Notes under the pieces: model-generated
What the model saw: only the letters and a program-made list of their open reading frames with translations
Databases searched by the model: none
What the model was told of the DNA's origin: nothing
Part shown: positions 43,319 through 56,249 of the stretch, one piece after another
Layout: every line of letters begins with the position of its first letter
Numbering within the stretch: the first letter of the stretch is position 1
Position numbers and translations under genes: made by a program
DNA from: the human T2T-CHM13v2.0 reference genome, Homo sapiens
NCBI RefSeq assembly: GCF_009914755.1
Contig: NC_060940.1
Length of the DNA stretch: 64,000 nt
Reading direction: 5' to 3' (one strand)

Positions 43319-44234
43319 TCATGGAGTAGGTAAAATTAACATGTACAAGGACAACACTGGAATTCTTCCTAGAGGAAGAAAAATCTGGGATTTTATGGTA
43401 AGGGTAACTAACTAATTCAGTAGTCATCTGCTGGTTACCTACTGTGTACTAGGAACTATTCTATACATGAGTGGTACACAGCAACAAAAAAAGTCAGAGC
43501 TCCTGATATCATGGACCTTACATTCCAGTACAGGAAAGAGGAAAGGATGTACACATAGTTTACACAATACTATGTGTACAAGTACACAATAGTGTAATTG
43601 GCTAATCTCACGTAGTGATAAGAAAGTAAAATAGGACCATGCTTTTATGAGAGTAAAAAATAGGATCCTCTCAGAACACATGAATAGCTTCCCTGGGCTT
43701 ATAAATATGGGAGAATGATACAGTCACTTCCTTCTGGTTCTGGAATGAGAGACAGAGGGCGTGATGCATGCTCTCTGTAACCTGGGGCCCCTGAGAAGGT
43801 AGGCTGCTCACAAGCAGCCCCTGCTCCTCCACATTCCCTCTGCTGAAGTAAAAACAGAAAACAAAAACAGAGTCTTCTCTTCCTGTCAGCCTCAGCCAGA
43901 AACATCACACCAAAAAAAAAAAAAAAAAAAAATGAAAAAACAAAAACAAAAAAACACAAAAAACAATTCAAACTCGTCAAAGGGAAAGACAAAAGACAAG
44001 CTGCCTCCAGCACCTCTGTTGGTTAGTTTGCTGTAAAGTGAAACAGCTGCTAAGAAATGACAGAGCTTATTGAAATAAATTCCAACATTTATAATCAATT
44101 ACCTGGCCCTGTCTGGAAACCGCTGTTTGATTTAAGAACAATTTCAACAGAAGCTGAAGAGGCAGGTGTTCACCTCTCTTTAATTCCTCCCTACCAGAAC
44201 TTTCTCACCTCTTTCTTTTCTTTCTTTGTCTCTC

Positions 44235-44237
<3 letters not shown>

Positions 44238-44295
<58 letters not shown>
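44238..44295. repeat. Pure A58 homopolymer, not an Alu or L1 tail
   Basis: Counted directly; no retroelement body upstream. Confidence 0.95.
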
Positions 44296-44297
<2 letters not shown>

Positions 44298-45258
44298 ATC
44301 TCTCATAAAGGGTATATGTTCTTTTTCCTCTTTTTTTAAATGTTGTTCCAAATCCAGCAGATCATGTCACTGCTGTTTGACCTTCAGGAATGCAGGCGAG
44401 TGGTTGAATCTCCTCCAAAGGCCTTTCCTGACAGAAGGTCTTAAAATAAAGCCCTTAGGTTTTTCTCTGCACAAACTTCTGTCATCTCTGCCCAGAGGCT
44501 TAGCGGGCGGTGTGAGGACACTCATCTGAAGGAGGAACAGCCCCTAGCCTAACTGTGCCTCTCCCCTTCCTTTCCCTCCACTGCGCATTTGAAATGCCCA
44601 TTCCCCGCCTTTTTTTCAGTTTTAGTTTATTGTGATCAGAACACTTAACGTGAGATCTACCCTCTTAACAAATGTTTAAGTGCACAATACAATGTCACTG
44701 ACTATAGGTACAACATGGTACAGCAGATTTCTAGAACTTAATTATCCTGCTTCACTGAAACTTTACACCCATGGATGAGCAAGTCTCCATTTCTGATGGT
44801 TAATTACGTGTGTCAACATGATTGGGCCGAGGGATGCCCAGAGAGCTGGCAAAACATTGTTTCTGGGTGTGTCTGTGACGGATGGTGTTTTTGGGAGAGA
44901 TTAGCATCAGTAGACTGGGTATAGAAGATTCCCCTCTCATCCATGTGGTGAGCATCATCCAGTTTGTGGAGGGCCTGAATAGAACAAAAAGATGGTGGAA
45001 GGGTGAATTCTGTCTCTCTCTGCTTGAGCTGGAACATTCATCTCTTCCTGGCATTGGGCAGGTTCTCAGGCATTCGAGTTTGGACTGGAACTACATGAAT
45101 GGCTGTCCTGCGTCTTCACCTTACAGATAGCAGATCATGGGACTTCTTGGCTCCCATAACTGCATAAGGCAATTCGTCATGATAAATAATAATAATAATA
45201 ATATATGTATAGTGTGTGTGTGTATATATACATGTAAAATATGTATATATATGCACTG

Positions 45259-45776
<518 letters not shown>

Positions 45777-45779
45777 TAA

Positions 45780-45781
<2 letters not shown>

Positions 45782-45825
<44 letters not shown>
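45782..45825. repeat. (TATC)n tetranucleotide STR
   Basis: About 10-11 perfect units. Confidence 0.95.
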
Positions 45826-46815
45826 CATCCAACCTGTTGGTTCTTTTCTCTGGAGAACCCTAGCTAATACGTCATATCCTCCCACCAGCCCCTGGCAACC
45901 ACCGTTCTGCTCTTTGATTCCATTAATTTGGCTCTTTTGATACCTCATATAAGGGGCATCATGCAGTATTTGTCCTTTTTTGACTGCCTTATTTCATTTA
46001 GCATAATGCCTTCCAGATTCATCTCTGTTGCAGCAAACGGCAGAGTTTCCTACTTTGTAAAGGCTGAATGATATTACATTGTATGGATATGCCACATTTT
46101 CTTTCTTCATTCACCCACGAATGGACATTTAGGTTGCTTCCAGCTACACACATAGTCTCAGTGCCATCTTTGTCCTGCTGCAGGGGTTGCTGGTCCTGGG
46201 ATGGGTCCAAGGCATTCCTAGCTGGAATTCTTCCAGAATCACATAAGCATAAACTGTGAATAGCGGGGAAAATTAAATGAAATACACTATTTTTTTCTTT
46301 TAATCTAAAGGAAATCAAAGTCAATAAAACAAGATGTGGAATAACCATAATGCTTATAAAAATGAATGTCCACTGAGTGCTTACTAAGTTCCAGACACTG
46401 CAATAAGCAAACTACATGGATTATCTCATTTTATCCATCCTGAAATGCTGGAGCTGAGACCCTACATAATCTAGCCTGTGCCACCCTCTCCCTCTTCAGC
46501 TCTGCTGCCCTTCTCACCCTGAGTCACTAAATCCTAGCCACACAGGTTTTTTCTTTCAGTTCCTTGGACTCTTCATGCTTGTTCTCACCTCACACCCTCG
46601 GTTTTCTCTGTCCGGAATTCTTCATCCCATCACCGTCAATATCTTCACCAATATCCCATCTCTAGCTCTTTCTCTTCCCTTTGAATTCAACATGGCTTAT
46701 CTCAGAGGTCTTCCAGGACTACTTCTATCAAACAACCCCACCTTCTCTCCATCCCTTCATTGTGGTTTATCTTTCCCCTTTTATTTACAATACACTACAA
46801 TTTTTCAGTGGTGGC

Positions 46816-46821
46816 TGTGTG

Positions 46822-46870
<49 letters not shown>
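46816..46870. repeat. (TG)n microsatellite within an L2
   Basis: About 27 units with one CG interruption. Confidence 0.95.
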
Positions 46871-46871
<1 letters not shown>

Positions 46872-47739
46872 GTCTGCCTCCCCTACTAATGGGGAAGCAA
46901 TTCCAGAGCAGGACCTGTCTTTGATTTCTCCATCAAACTGCCTGGGTTGAAATCCCACCTCTTTCACATTATAAACGCATGACCTTGAGCTCATGTTTCC
47001 TCACCTAGAAAATGGCAATAATAATACCACCTACCCCATGGGCCTGAGTAAAGATTAAATGAGATCTTAGATGAGAGCTTGGTGCATAATGAGTGCTTTA
47101 TACCTGTTTTTATGGTTGTTGTCACATTTACAGCTATTTTTCCCTAGCTCCAGCCCCTGGCCTAGTATCCGTCATATAGTAGTCACTCAATAAATGTTTC
47201 TTGATGAATTCTATTCTTCTGTACATATTATCTATACTGAAAATGGCAGTGAAGTGAAACTTTCTTAATTGGCATTAATGGGGCCATAGAAAATGGCCAA
47301 TGCAAACTAATATAAACACCAAATAATAATTGCCTCTGAGGGAGTCAGCCTCAATGAGTAGATAAGAATGACCTGTAATTCCCCTGATTTTCTTCTTTTG
47401 TATGGGAAAGAATAAATCTCAGGTGCTTCAAAATAATTTGCTCTCTTAAATAGTGTAAACATTGCCAGGGCCATCTGTGTGCATTACTGATTTTCCCATT
47501 TAGTTCATTCTTTTTAGACCATGCAAGGGAGTCTTGAGCTGAAAAATCCCCAACACCCAAAGTAAAGGAACCTTAGTGCAGATGGCCTTATACCCTTTCT
47601 GGGCACACCTTAACCAGCCACCATGCCCACCTTCAGAAGGTGGCTTTGTGGTACATCGGAAGCAAGGTGCTTTTTTAACTGGGCGTCAAAAGTAACAAGG
47701 AAATGGAGTTGGCTGTGTCTCTCGGTTTTAATGCCTGAA

Positions 47740-47950
47740 ACCTGTGTGCAAATCCAGCCTCCACCATTTACTACCTGTATAATCACAAATTACTAAATTA
47801 TTCTGTGCCTCAGTTTTCTCATTAATAAAAATGAAAATGAGATTTACCATGGTTTCTGCCTTACAAGGTAGGTATAAATTAATGCATGGGAAGTTTTTGG
47901 CACAATGCCCACATGAAATAAGCATTCAATATATGTTAGCTGATATTATT
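47740..47950 (+). mobile_element. MIR
   Basis: ttctgtgcctcagttttctcatt...ttcaatatatgttagc. Confidence 0.8.
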
Positions 47951-48399
47951 TCTGAAACAAATAAACTTAATAATACGTGACCTAGTGGGAAAAAATTGAA
48001 GTCCAAGCCCAGATCTGACATACACTTACTAGATATGTCTTTTGGCTAGCTGTCCAATATTGCTGGGCCATAGGATCATTCATTTGTGCCATGATAGTAG
48101 TCATGTCTACTGGAAAGAGTTGTCAGGAAGATGAAATAAAATGACATATGTAAGGGTACTTTGCTAACACACACTCAATGGGAGTTATTAACAACAGTAA
48201 CATGTGCATTTCATAGACTATATTAAAGCAGACATTTCAGCCATATTACAAAGAAAGCTACAAACTAAGTGACGTAAAAATTGAAGAACATGTGCCAGTA
48301 CTTAGTAAACATCCATGGAGTAACACTGCAAATGCTTACATACGTGACCTAACTTCCATCTTTGTCGTGTCCCTGTAGATGAGTTAACAGGAAGTCAGC

Positions 48400-48775
48400 T
48401 GATATGGTTTGGCTGTGTCCCCACCCAAATCTCATCTTGAGTTGTAGCTCCCATACTTCCCATGTGTTGTGGGAGGGACCCAGAGGGAGGTAACTGAATC
48501 ATGGGGGCAGGCCTTTGGCATGCTGTTCTCATGGTAATGAATAAGTCTCACAAGATCTGATGGTTTTATAAGGGGAGTTCCTCCAAACAAGCTCTCTTTC
48601 CTGCTGCCATGTAAGATGTGACTTTGCTCCTCCTTTGCCTTCCACCATGATTGTGAAATCTCCCCATGTGGAACTGACTCCTTGTGGAACTGTGAGTCCA
48701 CTAAACCTTTTATTCTTTAAAAATTACCCAGTCTCAGGTGTATGTTTATTAGCAGCATGAGAACAGACTAATACA
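48400..48775 (+). mobile_element. THE1 solo LTR
   Basis: tgatatggtttggctgtgtccccacccaaatctc...cagactaataca; TSD tcagc/taagc. Confidence 0.93.
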
Positions 48776-49319
48776 TAAGCCTTTCTGAGAATGGTGAGGG
48801 GTGGCTAGAGACAGTGGAAGGAGGTTGGAAAGTGTAAAGAACCAATGGTGAAAAGCAAGCAGGTAGCTGAAGCACAGTGGTTGGGTTTCATAGAAAGGAA
48901 GACTGCCAGAAACATTCAGGGTAGCATTTATAGGGACTTGGATGTCAAGCAATAAGTAGGGAAGAGAGCCGACAGCAATGCAAGCCACTGGGGATGTTTG
49001 AGTGGCATCGTTACAGCTGGACCCTGCCTTCAGCTTCAAGGCTCTTCATAGCTTGACCCTCTGCTGAATCTCATTTACCAGCATCTCTCCCTCACTCCAG
49101 ATCTACCAAGGTGCAAGGGGAAAGTATAGAAATCCTAATCAAATCAGAGTAATTATCAAGAGAAAAGGAATAGATGCTAAGGAGACCACTGCAATGTTCC
49201 TGAAAGATAAGAAGTTTCATCCTCATTTTTCAGGTGAGAAAACTGAGATGCAGACATGCTAAGGTCCCTTATGGCCACAGCCATAGCAAAAGCCTGGACC
49301 CAAATCAATCTGCTTCTGT

Positions 49320-49758
49320 TCTAGAGCTCCAGCCACACTGACTTTCTTTTTGTTCTTTCAGAACTTTACCTATATTCCTACCACAGGGCCTCTGCCTGTG
49401 CTGACTCCACCACCTTGAACAGTCCTCATCTCCTACACCTTTCACTTAGTTAATTCCTACAGCACTGTCACCACCTCTTGAAGGATCAGGGACCCAACCA
49501 GGTCAAATCCTCCTGTTACACACAGTCCTCTTTTTATAGCGTTTCTCACAGTTGCAATTTTACATTTATCAATGTGATGATCTGATTGATGTCTTTGTCC
49601 CCCACCAGGAAGTAAGCTCTCAAAGACTGGGGCCCTGCTGGTTCTCAGCACAATGCTCTGTTCATAAAATGCATTTAATAAAAATGCATGGGAGAAGCAA
49701 ACAGAAGAATAAATGAACAAGTGAACCAATGAATGAATGAATGAATGAATGAATGAAT
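49320..49758 (+). mobile_element. L2 3' end with (TGAA)n tail
   Basis: gtaagctctcaaagactgggg...gaatgaatgaatg. Confidence 0.75.
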
Positions 49759-49783
49759 ATAACACCTGTGAATGTGATTGGGA

Positions 49784-50076
<293 letters not shown>

Positions 50077-50109
50077 ATGATTGAGATTTAAAAAAAAAGA
50101 AAAAAATAG

Positions 50110-50800
50110 AAACCTGGACACTGGACCCACCATGGATAGCTCCCCTCTTTGCCAGTGCTCAGCATATGTGTATGCACTGGGGTGCTGTGAACTGTTTCCT
50201 GGAACTCTGGGGGTTTGTACTGGGCCAGGCTAGGGGCAGGGAGGAAATGTGTCTGACAGCTTCCTCCTCTGGGAAGAGAGGGCTTGTAGGGTGGAGGGGA
50301 GAGGGAGAGGGGAGTCACAAACAATTTCTGCTTTAATTAGAGCTCTGTCGGCTTCAGTTAGCCCGGGTGTTTGTTCCCTTGTGTGTGTCAGGGAATTTGG
50401 AACTGACCTCAAGCTTGTGAAATAATTAGTACAATAGTGCCGATCTAGCCATTTCTGAAAAGAGTAGTTTACTCCCAGCGTAGCCTCATGGCAGAGCTGC
50501 TCATTAATCAAACCAGGCCGCGTACATCAAAGCAGGTCCCCCTTTCCACCGCGGCATCCATCATTTGTTGGTTAGGTGCTGCAGAAGCCTGAACCAATAT
50601 ACTGCCTTTGTAGGGCTGAGACTACCTCCTATTGTCACCAGTTGCCTAGGGGCGAGGCGGATGGTGAGTGCAGCAGCCAACACTAAGTGGGGAGGGCAGG
50701 GATCCGTGCCCCTCTGGGTTTATGAAAACCTCACCTATTTGGGATGTAGACCTAAGATGATTGCCTGCTAAGTGAGATGTCCACCTTGACCACCAGAAAT
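50110..50800. promoter_or_regulatory. Candidate enhancer (TCF/LEF, SOX and homeodomain motifs)
   Basis: Repeat-free, retained CpGs, ACATCAAAG at 50524-50532, TAATTA twice, ACAAT. Confidence 0.4.
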
Positions 50801-50890
50801 AAAAAACCTACCCAGCTTTACTCTTCAGTTAATCACTTTCCCTCCTGCCACCTGTGTCTACTAGAAATTCTCTTGTTCATTAGTTTACTC

Positions 50891-51229
50891 TATTTTATTT
50901 TATTTTATTTTATTTTATTTTATTTTATTTCATTTTATTTTATTTTTGAGATAGAGTCTCGCTCTGTCACCTAGGCTGAAGGGCAGTGGCGCAATCTCGG
51001 CTCACTGCAACCTCTGCCTCCCAGGTTGAAGTGATTTTCCTGGCTCAGTCTCCTGAGTAGCTGGGATTACAGGCATGTGCCACCATACCCAGCTGATTTT
51101 TATATTTTCAGTAGAGACTGGGTTTCACCATGTTGGCCAGACTGGTCTTGAACTCCTGACTTCAGGTGATCCACTTGCCTCAGACTCCCAAAGCGCTGAG
51201 ATTACAGGCATGAGCCACAGCACCCGGCC
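50891..51229 (-). mobile_element. AluSx/Sz with (TTTTA)n tail
   Basis: Full dimer; TSD about agtttactc/agttactc. Confidence 0.92.
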
Positions 51230-51539
51230 AGTTACTCTTTATTTTCTATCTCTGTCCCTAGAGAGCAAACATCAAGAGAACAAGCAGTTCGTCATCTTTG
51301 CCGTTTTAGTCTCTGAACCTAGCACAGTGCCTGGCACATAGAAAAAGTTTAATAAATAATTTCTGAATAAATAAAGGAGCACCTTCTCAGACTTCCCAAC
51401 CCTCTGAACTAAAGGTGTCTTTTCATCCTAAGAAACCCTAAAGCTATTTTCCTAAAACTCTGCTGCCTCTTGTAACATCCTACCTTGTAGTAGATTTATT
51501 TGTTTACATGTCAGTTTCTGTATTTAATTGTTAGTTACT

Positions 51540-51985
51540 TGTATTAGTTCTCTATTGCTGTGTAACAAATTATACTAAAATGTAGGTGCTTTAAACAACA
51601 GATATTTATTATATCACAGTTTCTGTGGGTCAGGAACCTGAGTGCAGTTGAGCTGAGTCTTCTGTTCCACAGTCCCAGGAGGCTGCAAAGTGTGGGCTCA
51701 GAGCTGGTGGTTTCATATGAAGGCTTGACTGGGGAAGAGGGCCTCAGTTCCTTACCACAGGGACCTCTCCAGCTAGCATCTTGCTTCAATATAGCACGTA
51801 AACTGAGAAGACAATAGAAATACTCCACTAGCCAGATGGAATTGAGAATCTTTTATAAACAAAATAACCAAATTGACATCCCCACAACATTGCCACATTT
51901 TATTGGTTAGAAGCAAGTTACTCAAGGGGAGGGGATGACACAAGTTCATGAGTACCAGAAGGAGATAAAGATTACTGGGGACAAT
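51540..51985 (-). mobile_element. MLT1F-like LTR
   Basis: tgtattagttctctattgctgtgtaacaaatt...attatatcacagtttctgtgggtcaggaa. Confidence 0.8.
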
Positions 51986-53252
51986 TCTAGAAGCTTCCTA
52001 TTAGGGAATAATGATCATGTATGCCCAGGAACATTTATTACTTTCTGTTTACAATAGCCCCAGATTGGAAATAATCCAAGTGCCTTTCAGTAAGGAAAGA
52101 GTTGAAAGTAAATTATGAAATTTCCATTGTGATAGAATGATGAACATTGAAAAGGAAATGATAAATGAAGTATGCACTCTGATTCAAAATACATAAGCCT
52201 TTAAACATATATTTTTATGCATATATATGCAAAAAATGTTTCTTAGAATGTTTGTCAAAATGTTAGAAATGGGCTTCGTATTGGTGGGGTTTAGCAAGAC
52301 CAAGGTTTGAGACCGTTGTTCAAACTGTAGACACCTTACCATTAAGGTTATTTGATTTGTACACTTTTGATCATATTCTCAGCGCAAATGGGATTTAAAA
52401 CACATTCAGCATTATCTGTTTTTTGTAGTTTAACCAGGAAAAATAAAAAGAGATTCATAAATTATATAGACTCACTTTCACAGTGAAATAGTTCTATTTG
52501 GTTTCTGAATGGATGGATTTTTTTCTCCTTGTTGGATTCTAGCTTATTCCAAGAATCAATTTAACTTTGCCCTCTTGTGTCCTCTCTTTCAGCCTTCACC
52601 GTCCTTTCCTACCCGGGTGTCTGATGACCATAATCGTGACTTATTTCTTCCTCTTGTCTCCCTGTGGTCTACTACAGAATTTGGCACAATGTAATTAGAC
52701 AAGTTGGAATCCAGCTTGATTTTGGTTGTGTTATAATTTCAGCCTGTGAGTTTTTAACCCCATTTTCTATTACTAAGTTAAAACTGAAGTTTACAATGTT
52801 TTAAATTGACATACTTCAGTGAGTACCCACCACAGCAATGTATTTTTTTCACTAAAGGAGGATGTTGTAGTATCTGTCTCTGAGGGGAAAAACAAGAAGG
52901 TGCGAAAAGTATTAATTATCTATTATACATAGCACCTTGTATGAAGTATTTATGAGCTTCCTTTCACTTATTGCACACACAATCGCAGTAATAGAAATAT
53001 TGAAATGCCTCACCTTAAAGGTAAGAAAAAGTGAAGCTCAGAGAGATGAAGCAATTTGCCCAAGGACATCAGCTGGTAAAGGCAGAACAAGAGCTTTTTA
53101 AAACTCTAAATATCACCATTTTGTATTTTATGATAATATCACCATTTTGCATCTTAATGGTGGAGAGATGATTCCATTTCATGAAAAGAAAATCCCATGC
53201 TGACTCTGAGATGCTATGTTCAAGATTAAAATTGCTTTAGATGTGTTTAAAC

Positions 53253-53471
53253 TAGGGTTTTTCAACCTTGGCACTATTGACATTTTGGGCCGGATAACTC
53301 TCTGTGGTGGGAGAGGCTGACCTGTGCGGTGTAGGATGGTAGCAGCATCCCTTTACCCACTAGATGCCAGTAGCACCCCGGCCCCCAGTTGTCTATAAAC
53401 ATTGTCAAATGTTCTTTATAGGAGGAGGGGAGATGGGGGAGAACAAAATTGCCCCCAGTTGGGAACCACTG
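53253..53471 (+). mobile_element. MER20 hAT MITE
   Basis: ttcaaccttggcactattgacattttgggccggata...agttgggaaccactg; TSD gtttaaac/gtttaaga. Confidence 0.92.
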
Positions 53472-54374
53472 GTTTAAGAAAAAGGTTTTCTATAAAACTG
53501 AGCAGGATCTTAAGGAAAACGTAACTAAATATTCCAAAAGCTGTATATATTGTCTAACTTATTCTTCTATAGAGCATTAAAACAAGTCTCAGATATACCA
53601 ATAATTGGTGTAGTTTGTTTGATTCATGAAGGAGACCTTTAATTTTGACCAAAACCATCATTTTCTCATTCTTAAAACATTATATATGGAGACAGTAAAC
53701 ATATTCTGCCCCATTTTACAGATAATTAAACTGAAGTCAGAGCTGTTAAATGAGGTGTCGAATGTTACAATGAGGTGGTGGCAGAATCTACAGTTAGTGC
53801 ATGATTAGGTCTTTGTATTTACCAGTCACCTCATCTGAGCAAAAACTGCATCCCGGTTTCCCAGACAGGAAGCCTCCACATGAGAGGTGGTGTGATACAA
53901 CAGACTAAAACTCCAGAGACATGACTTGGATCCCCCAGCTGGCTCAGTGGCACCGGTATTTTCAGTGACATTTTTCAGACCTCCAAGTTTTCCTAGTATT
54001 CAGTGAGCTTATATTGGGGTAATTAATGCCACAAAATTGCCATGAATCCCAAATGATGGAAAGCCAGACATTAGCTCACTTTAGATAGCCAGTGAGTCTC
54101 TCCTACTCAATGCAAACCTCCACTGGATGCTATGACAAACCCACGTCTTCCTACTGCATGAATGAATACTGCAGTTTACTCTGTTCCACGCTAATATTTT
54201 GTATATAGGTGTGGCCTCACCAGAATGAAGTGATTCTTCTCAATGCCAAGATCCACAAAAGATACAAGACTTCCGAAATTAAACCATTCTCAGAAGGCAA
54301 ATGATAATTAGGGTGGTGGAGGTGATTTTCCATTTTACCCCTAGTCTTGCTAAACTTCCAGATGTCCAGATAAC

Positions 54375-54570
54375 CAGAACTTGAGCTTTGGGTCATAGGC
54401 GATAACTGTATGACTTTGGACTAGGTACTATGCTTCAGTTTTCTCACATATGAAATGAAAACATGTAGAGTACCTATGATATAGTGTTATGAAAATTGAA
54501 TTAGAGTGCAAAGTTATTAACACAGTATATAGTAAGCACTTGATAAATGGTAGTTGTGATGATTGCTGTC
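54375..54570 (+). mobile_element. MIR
   Basis: tgcttcagttttctcacatatgaaatg...tagtaagcacttgataaatggtag. Confidence 0.75.
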
Positions 54571-55146
54571 TCTGTTCCTATTATCATAATTTTAGCCACA
54601 TTAGGGGCCACCTAGAAGCTAAGACATAAAAAGATCCCTCTGGAACCAGAGGTTAAACCACATCTCAAAAGCCGTAGCAGCTGAAGTTATTATTACTATT
54701 GTTATTATTGTTGTTCTTATCTCATTTTTATCTTTTTATTTCATCTTGGTATTGCTGTGTTTTTAGTAGGATTCCCTTGGACATTCTGATTGGCCCAGCT
54801 GTTTTAGGGATCATAAAAGAAGTGTGTTCTTTCTTCACTGCTGAGCCACTGTTCTTGGTTAAAAAAGAATAACTATGCCGCTACAGCACTTCTTTCCCAA
54901 ACCTAACACTGTGATAACAGCAATGCTACAGGCAATATCGAACATTTATTGTTTACATTGCAATAAGCACTTTGCATACATTGGTTCATTTACCCATTAC
55001 CATCATCCAGTGAGGAAGGTATGATTACCATTCCGACTTTATAAATTAGGAACCTTTGGCTCAGGGAGGTTAAATAACTTTCTCAAGGTCACAAAGCTAG
55101 CAAACATGATTCCTAGTATCCAGAAGGCACTCAAAAATGCTGACTG

Positions 55147-55490
55147 GGCCAGGTGTGGTGGCTCGCATGTATAATCACAGTACTTTGAGAGGCCAAAGCG
55201 GAAGGATCACTTGAGACCAGGAGTTCGTGACCAGCCTGGGCAACATGGTTGAACCCGTCTTTACTAAAAATACAAAAATTAGCTGGGCATGGTGAGGCTC
55301 ACCTGTGGTCCCAGCTACTCAGGTAGCTGAGGCACAAGCATCGCTAGAACCCAGGAGGTGGAGGTTGCAGTGAGCCGAGACTGTGCCACTGCACTTCAGC
55401 CTGAGCAACAGAGCAAGACTCTGTCTCAAAAAATGAACTGAATAAATAAATAAATAAATAAACAAACAAACAAATAAATAAATAAATAAA
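55147..55490 (+). mobile_element. Alu (Jb/Sz-like) with (AAAT/AAAC)n tail
   Basis: Full dimer. Confidence 0.92.
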
Positions 55491-55639
55491 CTGATGATGA
55501 ACTGATCAGCAGGGCAGAGAACTGATCCAGGCATTTCAACTCCAGAGGTGAAACCTGTAATCACACTGCTATACTACTCCCTTCTCAGTGGGAAATATCC
55601 CAAGGGAAAGCTTATATTGTCATTCTTTAAATATCTGTG

Positions 55640-55947
55640 TATTTTATTTATTTATTATTTATTTATTTATTTATTTTATTTTGAGATGGAGGCCCGCTGT
55701 GTCACCCAGGCTACAGTGCAGTGGTATGATCTCGGCTCGCTGTAATCTTCGCCTCCCGGGTTCAAGCAATTCTCCTGCCTCAACCTCCTGAGTAGCTGGG
55801 ATTACAGGTGTCCACCACCATGCCTGGCTAATTTTTGAGGGGTTTCACCATGTTGGCCAGGCTGGTCTCCAACTCCTGACCTCATGATCCACCCGCCTCC
55901 ACCTCCCAAAGTGCTGGGATTACAGGCGTGAGCCACCGCACCCGGCC
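55640..55947 (-). mobile_element. AluS (Sg-like) with a deletion at the linker
   Basis: ctaatttttg|aggggtttcacc junction. Confidence 0.9.
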
Positions 55948-56249
55948 GTATTATTTTTATTAAAGCAGCTACTTCCTCATGGCCATAGAAGTCTTTCTTT
56001 GCAGTGTTCCTGGTGCTGTCTTCATAAATGTTGAGCAGTGATGGTTATCTCCTCCTCAATGACAAATCTGTCATGGTTATCTAGGCCTTATTGATAATAG
56101 TCCAGGTGTTCTCTGACTGTTAGTGTCTCACCTCCTTCCCCTTCACCTCCCTCACTGCACAGTCTAATTGTCTGTTTCCCAAAACAAGCTTATTTTTCTC
56201 AAAAGCACTATCAGAGACACTGTCAATCAACAGGAAACACAATAGATTT

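Noticed and set aside
44238-44295. A58 as the tail of a processed pseudogene
   Set aside because: No nearby AATAAA, no TSD and no upstream ORF; the duplicate shows the same flanks around a short A tract
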